Shown: positions 11,241 through 20,775, counted from the first letter of the stretch. The stretch: 64,000 nucleotides of DNA from Pseudomonadota bacterium (GCA_040388075.1 JAZKCN010000002.1:35382-99381); one strand, 5' to 3'. Numbers and translations: made by a program. Notes: generated by a model from the sequence alone, not told the origin.

Positions 11241-12023
11241 ATGAACGAGCCCTTCCCTTCCACGGCCGCTGTCAAGTCTGCAGACCGGGTGCTTGATGTG
11301 CTCGAGCTGCTGGCGCAGCGCGGCCAAGATATGTCGCACACCGACATGGCAGTGGCTCTTGGCATTCCAAAGAGCAGCCTGAGCCAGTTGCTGCGCAACC
11401 TGACGGCGCGCGGTTACCTCGACTACTCTGCCGTATCACGCGGCTACCGGCTCGGCGAAGCTGTATCGCGCCTGGCCGGCCGCGCCCTGCAGGGCCGCAG
11501 CATCCTCGGCATCGTCGAACCGGTGCTCCACGAGATCACCGCCGCCTGCCATGAGTCCAGCGCCTTCAACCAGCTGTCGGGGCTTCAATCGGAAGTGGTG
11601 GCATCGGTCAGCAGCTCGCAGCGGCTGGTCTCGCACATGCGCAAGGGCGACCTGGCACCGCTGTATGCCACATCGGGCGGCAAGGCCCTGCTGGCCTTCA
11701 TGCCTGAAGCTGAACGTGAAGCCTGGTTGCGCAAGGTGAAGTTCGAGGCCGTCACGCCCAACACCATACGCAGCGAAAAAGAACTGCGCCGCCAGCTCAA
11801 GGCTGTTCGCGAAACGGGTGTGGCCTATGTAACGGAAGAGTTCACGCCCGGCATCTGCGGCGTGGCCATGCCGGTGCTGTCGAGCGCAGGCATGGCGCTG
11901 GGGTCGATCAACGTCGCAGTACCAGCGGTTCGTTTTGATGACGTGGCTCGCGAACGGATTTTGAAGGCCCTGAACAAGGCGCTGGTCGCCATACAGCGCA
12001 GCCTGGCCGCGCAGGCTGGCTAG
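11241..12023 (+). CDS. IclR family transcriptional regulator
   Basis: KSADRVLDVLELL HTH, LYATSGGKALLA, TPNTI, EEFTPGICGVAMP; ATG 11241 preferred over the longer ORF. Confidence 0.92.
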   Translation: MNEPFPSTAAVKSADRVLDVLELLAQRGQDMSHTDMAVALGIPKSSLSQLLRNLTARGYLDYSAVSRGYRLGEAVSRLAGRALQGRSILGIVEPVLHEITAACHESSAFNQLSGLQSEVVASVSSSQRLVSHMRKGDLAPLYATSGGKALLAFMPEAEREAWLRKVKFEAVTPNTIRSEKELRRQLKAVRETGVAYVTEEFTPGICGVAMPVLSSAGMALGSINVAVPAVRFDDVARERILKALNKALVAIQRSLAAQAG

Positions 12024-12029
12024 GCCCTG

Positions 12030-12725
12030 TCAGTCCTGCGCGGCAGGTTCCAGGTCATGCTTTCCCAGTGAATAGGAAAGCGCATAGATGTCGTGTGTCA
12101 TGATCTCAAGGGCGCCTGCAGCCTTGAGGCTCTGCGGCGACAGCTCTTTCGCCAGGGCGTCCTGCAAGACCTGTGTGTCATAGGCCGACAACAGGACAAT
12201 CCAGTCGGCGACGGAATCCCCGCCCCGGATTTTTTGCTCGTGCGTCATGGCTGCGTCCGGCGTTCTGGTTTGCAGCAGGTGTGCCCCGACGATGCCTCTG
12301 CTTGCCGCCTGGCGGGCCAGCAGCTTTTCCAGCCCGGCCAGTAAAGGTTCTGCCTGCCCATCCGCAGGTGACAGGCGAATCGTCAGCACCGCCCTGCCCA
12401 GCCCGGTGCCGAAACTGCCGAGCAGCTTGCACTGGCTGCGCACCATGTGCAGGTGGTGCGGCATCATCTTGACCGACCATGGCGTCGGGTTGTTCAGGCT
12501 CTGCAGGTAACCGGGAGAGGTCAGGGTTTCATACGATGCCAGCTCGTACATCACAAAAAAACCGGTGCCGCCGTCAATGTTGGTCCAGCGTGAGCCGCGC
12601 AGAAAGCCTTCAATGCCCATGCGCTCCGGAAAGTGCTCGCGGGAGTGCCACTCCTGGAACTCCTCGCGTTGCGCGGGCAGGATGTCCCACCACATGGCGA
12701 CTGCCGCATTGCCTAAAAGTGCCAT
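12030..12725 (-). CDS. Hypothetical protein, EthD/DUF4286-like dimeric alpha-beta barrel
   Basis: EEFQEWHSREHFPERMGIEGFLRGSRW motif; last gene of the TRAP operon. Confidence 0.6.
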   Translation of the reverse strand: MALLGNAAVAMWWDILPAQREEFQEWHSREHFPERMGIEGFLRGSRWTNIDGGTGFFVMYELASYETLTSPGYLQSLNNPTPWSVKMMPHHLHMVRSQCKLLGSFGTGLGRAVLTIRLSPADGQAEPLLAGLEKLLARQAASRGIVGAHLLQTRTPDAAMTHEQKIRGGDSVADWIVLLSAYDTQVLQDALAKELSPQSLKAAGALEIMTHDIYALSYSLGKHDLEPAAQD

Positions 12726-12732
12726 GTCAACC

Positions 12733-14010
12733 TCAGTAGAACCAGCTTGCCGGCACGGTGACCAGTTTGGGGAAAGCCACCATCAGGAACATCACCGTGA
12801 ACTCGGCAATCATGAACGGGATGACACCCTTGGTGACGTCATCCATGCTGATCTTGCCGACACCCGCCACCACATTGAGCACAGTGCCCACCGGCGGCGT
12901 CACCAGTCCGATAGAGTTGTTGATGATGAACAGCACGCCGAAGTAAACCGGATCGATCCCTGCGGCCTTGACCACCGGCATCAGTACCGGCGTCAGTATC
13001 AGGATGGTGGGCGTCATGTCCATCGCTGTGCCGACGACCATGACCAGCACCATGATTGCGGCCATCAGCAAAATGGGGCTGTCCATGAAGGGTTTGAGCA
13101 GGCTCACCACCATCGCCGGCAGGTTGGCCACCGTGATCAGCCAGGCACTGACCATCGCCGCGGCAATCAGGAACATCACCATGGCGCTGGTCTTGGCCGA
13201 CGCGACGAACACGCCGTAGAGCTGCGGGAGCTTGAGTTCCCGGTAGATGACGGTGGAGACGAACAGGGCGTAGACGGCGGCCACCACGGCCGCCTCGGTA
13301 GGCGTGAACACACCCATGCGCAGGCCCACCAGGATGATGACCGGAAGGAACAGCGCCCAGGTGGCTTCGCGAAAGGCTTTCATGATCTCGATGGCCGACT
13401 TGCGCGGCGGCGGCACGATGTCCTCACGCCGCACCAGCCACGCCCAGGTGATCCAGAGCGCGCCGCCTATCATCATGCCCGGCACGATGGCCGCCATGAA
13501 CAGCTTGGAGATCGACACGTTGGCCGCCACGCCGAAGATCACCAGCCCGATGCTGGGCGGGATCACCGGACCGATCACGCCCACGGATGCGATCAGGCCG
13601 CCAGCGCGTGCCTTGTCGTGCCCGGCCTTGACCATCATCGGGAGCAGCAGCGCGGTGAGTGCCGCGGCGTCGGCAACGGCCGAGCCCGACAACGCCGACA
13701 GCAGGCAACCGGCCATGATGGTCACGTAGCCAAGCCCGCCCTTGACATGGCCGACCAGCGCCAGCGCCAGGTTGACGATGCGCCGCGACAGGCCACCGAC
13801 GTTCATGATCTCGCCCGCCAGCATGAAGAAAGGCACGGCCAGCAACGGGAAGCTGTCGGCACCGCCGACCAGGTTCTGCGCGAGGATCTGCGCATCGAAC
13901 AGCTGCAGGTGCCACATCAACGCGACACCGCTGGCCAGCAGCGCAAAAGCGATGGGAATGCCGAGGGCCATGGCGCCCAGCAGAGAGCCGATAAAAATGA
14001 AAATGGTCAT
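12733..14010 (-). CDS. dctM: TRAP transporter large permease
   Basis: LLAVPFFMLAGEIM, SGSAVADAA, IPPSI, GVFTPTEA, TPPVG. Confidence 0.93.
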   Translation of the reverse strand: MTIFIFIGSLLGAMALGIPIAFALLASGVALMWHLQLFDAQILAQNLVGGADSFPLLAVPFFMLAGEIMNVGGLSRRIVNLALALVGHVKGGLGYVTIMAGCLLSALSGSAVADAAALTALLLPMMVKAGHDKARAGGLIASVGVIGPVIPPSIGLVIFGVAANVSISKLFMAAIVPGMMIGGALWITWAWLVRREDIVPPPRKSAIEIMKAFREATWALFLPVIILVGLRMGVFTPTEAAVVAAVYALFVSTVIYRELKLPQLYGVFVASAKTSAMVMFLIAAAMVSAWLITVANLPAMVVSLLKPFMDSPILLMAAIMVLVMVVGTAMDMTPTILILTPVLMPVVKAAGIDPVYFGVLFIINNSIGLVTPPVGTVLNVVAGVGKISMDDVTKGVIPFMIAEFTVMFLMVAFPKLVTVPASWFY

Positions 14011-14579
14011 GGCCGCGCTCCTGCTGTGTGGTCTGGCTGGCGCGCATCATCCAGCACCTGCTTGAGCTGCACGGCCTCTTCAGACTCCTGCACCATCACC
14101 AGTTGCTCGTCCGACAGCTGGCCGGTCACGACCTTCCACAAATCCAGCAGCAGCAAGCCGCAGGCCAGCACGCCGAACACCAGACCCGACAGGTAGACGA
14201 TGGACATGGTCCAGCCGGTCGTCGGCGCTGTCACGTCCCAGTTGATCTTGACCTGCTCCCAGCTGCCCATGGCCAGCAGTACGACAATGAAGATCATCAA
14301 CAAATGGCCCACGACAAGGCAGATCTTTTTGCCGATGACGGGCAGCCGCCCGACCACCATGTCGATGCCCAGGTGGCCGTGTTCCCGCAGCGCCACAAGG
14401 GCGCCGAGAAACGTGCACCAGATGAAGAGCCAGCGCGAAACTTCTTCGGACACCGTGATGCCCGAGTTGAAGCCGTAGCGCAACACGACGTTGCCGAACA
14501 CCAGCACGACCATGATGGCCAGGCCGAGCGCGATCAGGAACTCGATGCCTTTGCAGGCCTTGTCGACGAGCTTGTCCAT
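14007..14579 (-). CDS. dctQ: TRAP transporter small permease
   Basis: NVVLRYGF, EEVSRWLFIW, HLGID; 4-bp overlap with dctM. Confidence 0.9.
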   Translation of the reverse strand: MDKLVDKACKGIEFLIALGLAIMVVLVFGNVVLRYGFNSGITVSEEVSRWLFIWCTFLGALVALREHGHLGIDMVVGRLPVIGKKICLVVGHLLMIFIVVLLAMGSWEQVKINWDVTAPTTGWTMSIVYLSGLVFGVLACGLLLLDLWKVVTGQLSDEQLVMVQESEEAVQLKQVLDDARQPDHTAGARP

Positions 14580-14580
14580 C

Positions 14581-15039
14581 TCAGTTCTGCGCGGCAAGGG
14601 CCTGCGCTTCGCGCGCGATGTCGGCCACTACCCGAAGACCCTGCAGGTACGAGCGCGGGCCGAACCCCTGGATCGTTCCTTTCACGGCCGGCGAGATGAT
14701 TGAGTGGTGGCGCCAGGGCTCACGTGTCGCGAGGTTCGACATGTGCACCTCGACGACCGGGAACGGCATGGCCTTGATGGCGTCGTGCAGCGGCACGCCG
14801 TGCTGGGTCAGCCCGGCGGGGTTGACCAGCGCGCCCTGCGCCGTATCGATGTGCTGGTGCAGGAAATCAATCAGCGCCCCTTCGTGGTTCGACTGAAGGG
14901 TCTCGAGCGTGACGCCCAGTTCCTCCGCCAGTTTTGCCAGCATGTCGTTGATCTGTGCGAGCGTCGTGGTGCCGTAGATGTGCGGCTCGCGGCGGCCGAA
15001 CAGATTCAGGTTCGGCCCGTGGAGAACAAGTATTTTCAT
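14581..15039 (-). CDS. aroQ: Type II 3-dehydroquinate dehydratase (divergent paralog)
   Basis: HGPNLNLFGRREPHIYG, QSNHEG, VEVHMSN, R-E-x-x-R-H. Confidence 0.88.
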   Translation of the reverse strand: MKILVLHGPNLNLFGRREPHIYGTTTLAQINDMLAKLAEELGVTLETLQSNHEGALIDFLHQHIDTAQGALVNPAGLTQHGVPLHDAIKAMPFPVVEVHMSNLATREPWRHHSIISPAVKGTIQGFGPRSYLQGLRVVADIAREAQALAAQN

Positions 15040-15043
15040 TGGC

Positions 15044-16060
15044 TCAGAACTTGGACACCCGCTCCAGCTCGGACTTGAAGAGGGTCACGATGGCAGGGTC
15101 GTAGGCAGCGGAGAACTTGTCGTAAACAGGGCGCACTTCGACGCGCATCTTGGCCAGCTCGGCTGCCGGCACGTCGTTGTACAGCATGCCCTTGGCCGTG
15201 AGTTCACCCAGGGCCTTGGCCGAGACTTCACGGCTGACCACGCGCTGCCAGTTTTGTGCTTCGATGGCGGCATCCGCCAGAATCTTCTGCTCGGCGGCCG
15301 AGAGGCGGTCCCAGAAGCGCTTGCTGATCTGGATAGGATTCGTCGCGTAGACGTGATTGGTGCCGCTGACGTACTTCTGCACTTCGTAGAACTTGCTCGA
15401 CGCGATGACCGCGAACGGGTTTTCCTCGCCATCCACAGCCTTGCTCTCCAGCGCGCCGTACAGCTCTGCAAAGGGCATCGGCACCGGGTTGGCCTTGAAG
15501 GTCTTGAAGGTTTCCAGGAACACCGGGTTAGGGATCACGCGCAGCTTCAGGCCTTCCAGGTCCGCGCCCTTCATGATGGGGCGCTTGCTGTTGGTGACGT
15601 TGCGAAAGCCCAGGTCGAAGAAGCCCAGTACGATCACGCCCTTTTCCGGCAACCTGGAGGAGAGCATCTTGCCCAGAGGGCCATCGACCAGCGCGTCGGC
15701 CTGTTTGGCATTGGCGAAGAGGAAGGGAAAGTCGAGCAGGCCGAACTCCTTGACGATGCCGTTCAGCGACGTGGTCGACGCAACCAGCATTTCCTGAACA
15801 CCGCCCTGCAGCGCCGATTGCTGCTGCAGCTCGTTCCCCAGCTGGGAGGCCGCGAATTCCTGCACCTTGATCTTGCCGCCGGTCTTGGCTGCAACGATCT
15901 CGGCGAACTTGCGCACGCCGAGACTGGTCGGGTGGTCAGGGTTGTTCAGATGGCCGAACTTGATCGTGCGTTCCTGGATCTGGGCCATTGCAGGCAAGGC
16001 AAAAGCCAATGACAGGGCTGCTGCAAGGCCAAGAGCGAGCGGGCGGCGGGTGAGTTTCAT
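15044..16060 (-). CDS. dctP: TRAP substrate-binding protein
   Basis: GFRNVTN, DLEGLKLRV, PMPFAELYGALE..VDGEENP; RBS CAGGAG before ATG 16060. Confidence 0.92.
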   Translation of the reverse strand: MKLTRRPLALGLAAALSLAFALPAMAQIQERTIKFGHLNNPDHPTSLGVRKFAEIVAAKTGGKIKVQEFAASQLGNELQQQSALQGGVQEMLVASTTSLNGIVKEFGLLDFPFLFANAKQADALVDGPLGKMLSSRLPEKGVIVLGFFDLGFRNVTNSKRPIMKGADLEGLKLRVIPNPVFLETFKTFKANPVPMPFAELYGALESKAVDGEENPFAVIASSKFYEVQKYVSGTNHVYATNPIQISKRFWDRLSAAEQKILADAAIEAQNWQRVVSREVSAKALGELTAKGMLYNDVPAAELAKMRVEVRPVYDKFSAAYDPAIVTLFKSELERVSKF

Positions 16061-16109
16061 GAAGTGTCTCCTGGTGAGTTTTTGAAGATGTGGCGGGATT
16101 TTGCAGATA

Positions 16110-16128
16110 TATGGAAAGTCTTTCCATA
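16110..16128. promoter_or_regulatory. Candidate IclR-type operator TATGGAAAG-T-CTTTCCATA
   Basis: 19-bp palindrome fitting TGGAAA-N3-TTTCCA (E. coli IclR box pattern), lying between dctP and a divergent IclR gene. Confidence 0.65.
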
Positions 16129-16183
16129 ATGGAAAACCATTACCATTAATCAATTGCAGCCCTGCTTTTGTCATGGCCCAATC

Positions 16184-16449
16184 AGGGCCTGTCATCATAT
16201 AAATCGCCTCCGCGTGGCCCCCGGAAAGGGCTGCAATCTAGGCGCGAAACGAAGCCGGGGTAATCCCCGGTGAGGCTTCGCAACAACGAGTGCAGTCTTT
16301 TCCGGGGGTCACCCGGAGGGCTGGGGCTGCAAGGGATGCCCCGCGTCGTTGCAACCCTTGACCGGGGATGACCCCGGCCTGCGGTCTGCGCCTAGCGCTG
16401 CACCCCTTGCAGCCTCAGCGCGGAGGTGATTTATATGATGACAGGCCCT
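16184..16449. mobile_element. MITE-like non-coding element, 266 bp, 31-bp terminal inverted repeats
   Basis: Left AGGGCCTGTCATCATATAAATCGCCTCCGCG matches the reverse complement of the right end with 1 mismatch; nested internal inverted repeats; no convincing ORF; no clear TSD. Confidence 0.7.
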
Positions 16450-16490
16450 AGCCAAATGAATAAAAACACACGCCAGAACGCAATCACGAC

Positions 16491-17270
16491 ATGAGTAACC
16501 TGCTGGAAAGAAGCTTCAAAACGCTGGAACAACTCGCGGCACACCCCGAAGGGCAAACCGTCTCGACCATCGCTGCGACCCTGGATATGCCGCTGAGCGC
16601 CACGCACCGGCTGCTGGCCGAACTGGTCCGCTGCGGCTATGTACGACAGGTGAAAGAGCAAGGTGAGTATGTGCTCACCATCAAGCTGGTATCGATGGGT
16701 CTCGGCTTCCTGAGCGCCTCCGGTGTGGTCGATGTGGCCCAGCCCTTGCTCGACAACCTGGCCGAAGAATCAGGCGAGCTGGTGCGTTTGGCCGTGGTGG
16801 ATGGCGACGACCTCACTTTTGTCGCCAAGGCCCAGGGCGCGCGCCGCGGTTTGCGTTACGACCCGGACATGGGCCTGTCGGTCAGCCTGTCCTGCAGCTC
16901 GGCCGGTCATGCGTGGTTGTCGACCATGACGGATGAAGAAGCGCTGCAACTGGTCGCCAGACAGGGTTTTGGCCAGCCACAAGACTTCGGGCCCAACGCG
17001 CCGACGACTATGAAGGCACTGCTGTCTTATGTGCACACCGCACGCAAACGCGGTTTTGCCACCATCAGCGAGGTGTTCTCACCGGCCATGAGCGCGATGG
17101 CCGCGCCCATACGTTCGCCCTCCGGCACGATTGGTGTGGTGACAATTGCCGGCCCGCTGATACGGCTGACCGAGGCGCGCATGGAAGACCTGTCCAACGC
17201 CCTCATCAGCACCGCCGAAGACATACGCGCTGCCAGCGGCGCGTCAGCGATGTTTAAAAAACGCGCCTGA
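16491..17270 (+). CDS. IclR family transcriptional regulator
   Basis: LERSFKTLEQL HTH, SATHRLL, SCSSAGHAWL, AAPIR..GVVTIAGP. Confidence 0.92.
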   Translation: MSNLLERSFKTLEQLAAHPEGQTVSTIAATLDMPLSATHRLLAELVRCGYVRQVKEQGEYVLTIKLVSMGLGFLSASGVVDVAQPLLDNLAEESGELVRLAVVDGDDLTFVAKAQGARRGLRYDPDMGLSVSLSCSSAGHAWLSTMTDEEALQLVARQGFGQPQDFGPNAPTTMKALLSYVHTARKRGFATISEVFSPAMSAMAAPIRSPSGTIGVVTIAGPLIRLTEARMEDLSNALISTAEDIRAASGASAMFKKRA

Positions 17271-17274
17271 GCAA

Positions 17275-17577
17275 CTAGGCCGGGACGTAATCGACCTGGT
17301 GCCGCGCAGTGCGCATGTCGCCCAGCTCGCCCTTCACGCGCAGGTGCTCCGGGTGCACCGCATAGGCTTCGAGTGCGGCCTGCGACTCAAACTCTGAATA
17401 CAGCACCACATCACAGGCGTAATCGATGCGGCTGGTGTCCACGCCCACCTCGATGGCCAGCAGGCCCGGCACCTTGCCGCGCAGGCTTTCAAACGATTGT
17501 TTAAGCCTGGCGGCATTGATGGTTTTGTCCGCGGCGGTGTCGCCGCGCACATTCCACATGACGATGTGTTTGATCAC
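17275..17577 (-). CDS. Dabb family (stress-responsive A/B barrel) protein
   Basis: MIKHIVMW, LEAYAVHPEH, VDY. Confidence 0.85.
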   Translation of the reverse strand: MIKHIVMWNVRGDTAADKTINAARLKQSFESLRGKVPGLLAIEVGVDTSRIDYACDVVLYSEFESQAALEAYAVHPEHLRVKGELGDMRTARHQVDYVPA

Positions 17578-17590
17578 GCCCGGGTCACGC

Positions 17591-18445
17591 TCACGCTTTG
17601 GCCGCCTGATTGACGGGCGTCTTCGGATTCAGCACAAAGTCGTACTCGAGGTCATAAGTGCCGTCCGGTTTTTTCTTCCAGTCGGCTACCAGCGAAGAAC
17701 GCACGCCGAACACCACGTCAGATTCCAGGTACTGGTCGTGATCGCGAAATACGTGGGTGATGAGCTTCTCGTAACCCGGCGCGTCGATCATGAAGTGCAG
17801 GTGGGCCGGCCGCCACGGGTGGTTTTTGGTCGCGTTCAGCATCGCGCCGACAGGGCCATCAGTCGGTATCGGGTAGGCCTCGGCCAGTATGGTCTTGAAG
17901 TGGAAGTTGCCGTTTGCGTCGGCATGGAGGATGCCACGCGCCTGCGGTTTGGCCAGGTGCGCGTACTGCACGTCGTAGTTGCCGTCGGCATCGGCCTGCC
18001 AGACATTGATCAGCGCATTCGGCACCGGCGTGCCGTCCAGCGACTTGATGGTGCCGTGCACAAAACAGGGCTCACCGGTGGCACCGCCGGAGACGTCGTC
18101 GCCGAGATTGAAACTGGGCGCGTTCTCCAGGAAGAACGGTCCGAACACGGTCGGCTCGGTGCAGCCGGCAGGCTTGTCGTTGTTCATCGCCACCGTCAGC
18201 ATCGACAGCCCCAGCGTGTCGCTCAGCAGGATGTATTCCTGCCGCTTGTCGTCGCACTTCTGGCCGGTTGCGGTCAGGAACTGGATGCCCTGCATCCATT
18301 CTTCTTCGGTCAGCTTCACCTCGCGCGCAAAAGAATGCAGGTGCTGCACCAGGCTGGTCAGGATCTCCTTCAGGCGCGGGTCGGGCGTGGTGGCCAGCCG
18401 TGCAATAACGGCCTGGGTGATGGTGTCCTGGTTGAGGTTTCTCAT
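17591..18445 (-). CDS. Intradiol ring-cleavage dioxygenase, hydroxyquinol 1,2-dioxygenase-like
   Basis: Fe ligand motifs YDVQY, YPIP, WRPAHLH; EYILLSDTLG; TVFGPF. Confidence 0.9.
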   Translation of the reverse strand: MRNLNQDTITQAVIARLATTPDPRLKEILTSLVQHLHSFAREVKLTEEEWMQGIQFLTATGQKCDDKRQEYILLSDTLGLSMLTVAMNNDKPAGCTEPTVFGPFFLENAPSFNLGDDVSGGATGEPCFVHGTIKSLDGTPVPNALINVWQADADGNYDVQYAHLAKPQARGILHADANGNFHFKTILAEAYPIPTDGPVGAMLNATKNHPWRPAHLHFMIDAPGYEKLITHVFRDHDQYLESDVVFGVRSSLVADWKKKPDGTYDLEYDFVLNPKTPVNQAAKA

Positions 18446-18563
18446 GGCTTGTCTCCTGTTCGTGGGGGTTGGCTTGTGTTTGTCGGGAGTGAATATAGAC
18501 TGCTAAAGGCGGAACAATAGCCGCAAGGCGAAAATCAGTTTTCCGCCAAACGAAAAACAGACC

Positions 18564-19493
18564 ATGGATCGCTGGACCGAAATCGAATTGTTTGTACAGG
18601 TAGCCGAGGCCGGCAGCCTGAGCCGTGCCGCGGCTACGCTGGGTCTTTCAAACGCGGCAGCCAGCCGCCACCTGTCGGCACTCGAGGCGCGACTGGGTGC
18701 CCGGCTGGTCGAGCGCAACACCCGCAGGCTCTACCTGACCGACACCGGCAAGGAATTTTTCACCCGCGCCAAAAGCATATTGGGCGACCTCAACGATGCC
18801 GAGTCCGCCGTCAACGCCACCTCGCTCAACCCCAGCGGCGTGCTTCGCATCACTGCCTCGCTGTCGTTCTCGCTCAACCATGTGGCGCCGCTGGTGCGCG
18901 AGTACACCAGCCGCTACCCCAACGTCACCGTGCATGTCGAGTCGGGCAACCGCTACATGGACATCATCGACAACAACATCGACGTCGCCATCCGCACGCG
19001 CGAGGTGGAGCCCGACTCCAACATCACGATACGCCGGCTGGCCGAAACCCGCCGCATCCTGACCGCCTCACCGCGCTACCTCGCGCAGCACGGCGTGCCG
19101 AAAACACTGGAAGACCTGCAGCGCCACAAGCTGCTGATCTACACACTGGCCAACAACCCGAACGAGTTGCGCTTCACGCGCGGCGGCCAGACCACCACAC
19201 TTAACTTCAAGGGTGTGCTCGAAGCCAACGACGGACAGATACTGCGCGCGGCTGCCCTCGATGGCATGGGCATCCTCGTGCAGCCGTCATACATCGTCTA
19301 TGAAGACATCGTCGCCGGGCGGCTGGTGCCGCTACTCGACGAATGGGACCTGCCCCGCCTGACCATCAACCTCGCCTACCCCAGCCGCAAACACCTGTCG
19401 GCCAAGGTCCGCACCTTCATCGACTTCATGGCCGAACACTTTGAGAAGATGAACTACGAAAAGAAGTGGACCGGGCGCTTCGGGATGCACTGA
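18564..19493 (+). CDS. LysR family transcriptional regulator
   Basis: GSLSRAA..LGLSNAAASRHL..LE..LGARLVERNTR HTH plus substrate-binding domain; divergent from the dioxygenase. Confidence 0.95.
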   Translation: MDRWTEIELFVQVAEAGSLSRAAATLGLSNAAASRHLSALEARLGARLVERNTRRLYLTDTGKEFFTRAKSILGDLNDAESAVNATSLNPSGVLRITASLSFSLNHVAPLVREYTSRYPNVTVHVESGNRYMDIIDNNIDVAIRTREVEPDSNITIRRLAETRRILTASPRYLAQHGVPKTLEDLQRHKLLIYTLANNPNELRFTRGGQTTTLNFKGVLEANDGQILRAAALDGMGILVQPSYIVYEDIVAGRLVPLLDEWDLPRLTINLAYPSRKHLSAKVRTFIDFMAEHFEKMNYEKKWTGRFGMH

Positions 19494-19529
19494 AGACCTG
19501 CCTCCACAAGCACGTGGCGCAAGCCTAAA

Positions 19530-19638
19530 ATGTAAAGCATGCTTTACATCAAGGCCGATTTGCAGGTTTGCAGACCGTTCCAGAGGCTTGCAAAGGCATC
19601 AAAAAGCCCGGGAAAGGCCTTTTTTGACCATAAAAAAG
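19530..19638 (+). repeat. 158-bp dispersed element, copy A, left part (split by the IS1595 element)
   Basis: ATGTAAAG-CATG-CTTTACAT palindrome plus A/T-tract core; joins 22510-22558 to give 158 bp. Confidence 0.85.
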
Positions 19639-19651
19639 GCGAAGTATGTAT

Positions 19652-19679
19652 TTGACAAACCCTAATAAATAGGGATAAT
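19652..19679 (+). promoter_or_regulatory. Putative sigma70 promoter of the transposase
   Basis: TTGACA (19652-57, inside the left TIR), 16-bp spacer, GATAAT (19674-79); ATG follows at 19703. Confidence 0.6.
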
Positions 19680-19702
19680 AGAGCCATTCCCGAAAGAAAC
19701 AA

Positions 19703-20635
19703 ATGGCCGCAATATTCGAACACCCCCACTTCCAAGACGCAGACGCAGCACGCGCTTATCTGGAAAACCTCCGCTGGGCCAATGGTGTTGTCTGCCCTCA
19801 TTGCGGCGTTATCGGTGGTCATTACGAACTCAAGGGCAAGTCAACCCGCCCCGGTGTTTACAAGTGCGGCGCTTGCTCTGACCAGTTCACCGTTACTGTC
19901 GGCACCGTGTTTGAGCGCTCAAAAATCAAGCTGCACATCTGGCTTCAAGCTGTTCACCTGATGAGCGCTAGCAAAAAGGGCGTCTCTGCCAAGCAGATCG
20001 AGCGCATGTTGGGCGTGTCTTACAAGACTGCATGGTTCATGTGCCATCGCATCCGTGAGGCCATGACTCCAGACCACACCACCAGCGGCCCTATGGGCGG
20101 CCCTGACACCATCGTTGAAGCCGATGAAACCTATTGGGGCAATCTGTACAAGGCCCGTGCAGGTTCCGGCCACAAGATGAAGGTTGTTTCCCTTGTCGAG
20201 CGTGAGTCAGGCCAAAAGCGTTCTTTCCACGTTGCCAATGTGACCTCTGAAACCGTGGGCGCTGTTCTGAAATCACAAGTGCATCCAGACACGCACCTGA
20301 TGACCGACGAATCAGCCGTTTACAAGCGCGTAGGTAAAGAGTTTGCCGCTCACAGCACTGTGAACCACGGCAAGAAAGAATATGCCCGTGGCAACGTCAC
20401 CAGCAACACCGTAGAGGCTTCATTCGCTATCTTGAAGCGTGGCCTTAACGGTACTTTCCACAGCGTCTCAGAGCGCCATCTGCAACGCTACGCTAACGAG
20501 TTCGACTTTCGCTGGAATTTTCGCTCTGCCAACGGCTTTGATGACGTTATGCGTGCTGATGCAGCGCTCAAGGGTATCGCAGGCAAGCGCCTCACGTATC
20601 GGCGGACTAGTGGGCAGCAAGAAGCCCACGCTTGA
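19703..20635 (+). CDS. IS1595 family DDE transposase
   Basis: Zn ribbon CPHC..CGAC, VEADETYW, LMTDE, NTVEASF, C-terminal GKRLTYR. Confidence 0.95.
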   Translation: MAAIFEHPHFQDADAARAYLENLRWANGVVCPHCGVIGGHYELKGKSTRPGVYKCGACSDQFTVTVGTVFERSKIKLHIWLQAVHLMSASKKGVSAKQIERMLGVSYKTAWFMCHRIREAMTPDHTTSGPMGGPDTIVEADETYWGNLYKARAGSGHKMKVVSLVERESGQKRSFHVANVTSETVGAVLKSQVHPDTHLMTDESAVYKRVGKEFAAHSTVNHGKKEYARGNVTSNTVEASFAILKRGLNGTFHSVSERHLQRYANEFDFRWNFRSANGFDDVMRADAALKGIAGKRLTYRRTSGQQEAHA

Positions 20636-20697
20636 TAGCCTGCTAACCCTCCTGATGAGGCTTGACATCAAGCCTTAAAACCGTGTGGGCTTGAATA

Positions 20698-20725
20698 TTG
20701 CTTTGTTAGGCATACCTAATATAAT
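20698..20725 (+). promoter_or_regulatory. Putative passenger-gene promoter with an overlapping palindrome
   Basis: TTGCTT-16 bp-TATAAT; TTAGG-CATA-CCTAA (20706-20719) in the spacer. Confidence 0.5.
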
Positions 20726-20775
20726 GAATGGCTACTGAGCAGCTTGTCCAACCCGTCTTTGAAAGGAGCCTCGCC

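Noticed and set aside
12565-14196. 543-aa plus-strand ORF
   Set aside because: Antisense shadow of dctM/dctQ, expected at high GC; no motifs
19530-19549. TyrR/PhhR box (TGTAAA-N6-TTTACA) reading of the palindrome
   Set aside because: The consensus fits, but all four instances are part of the 158-bp element at gene 3' ends rather than in promoters of aromatic amino acid genes
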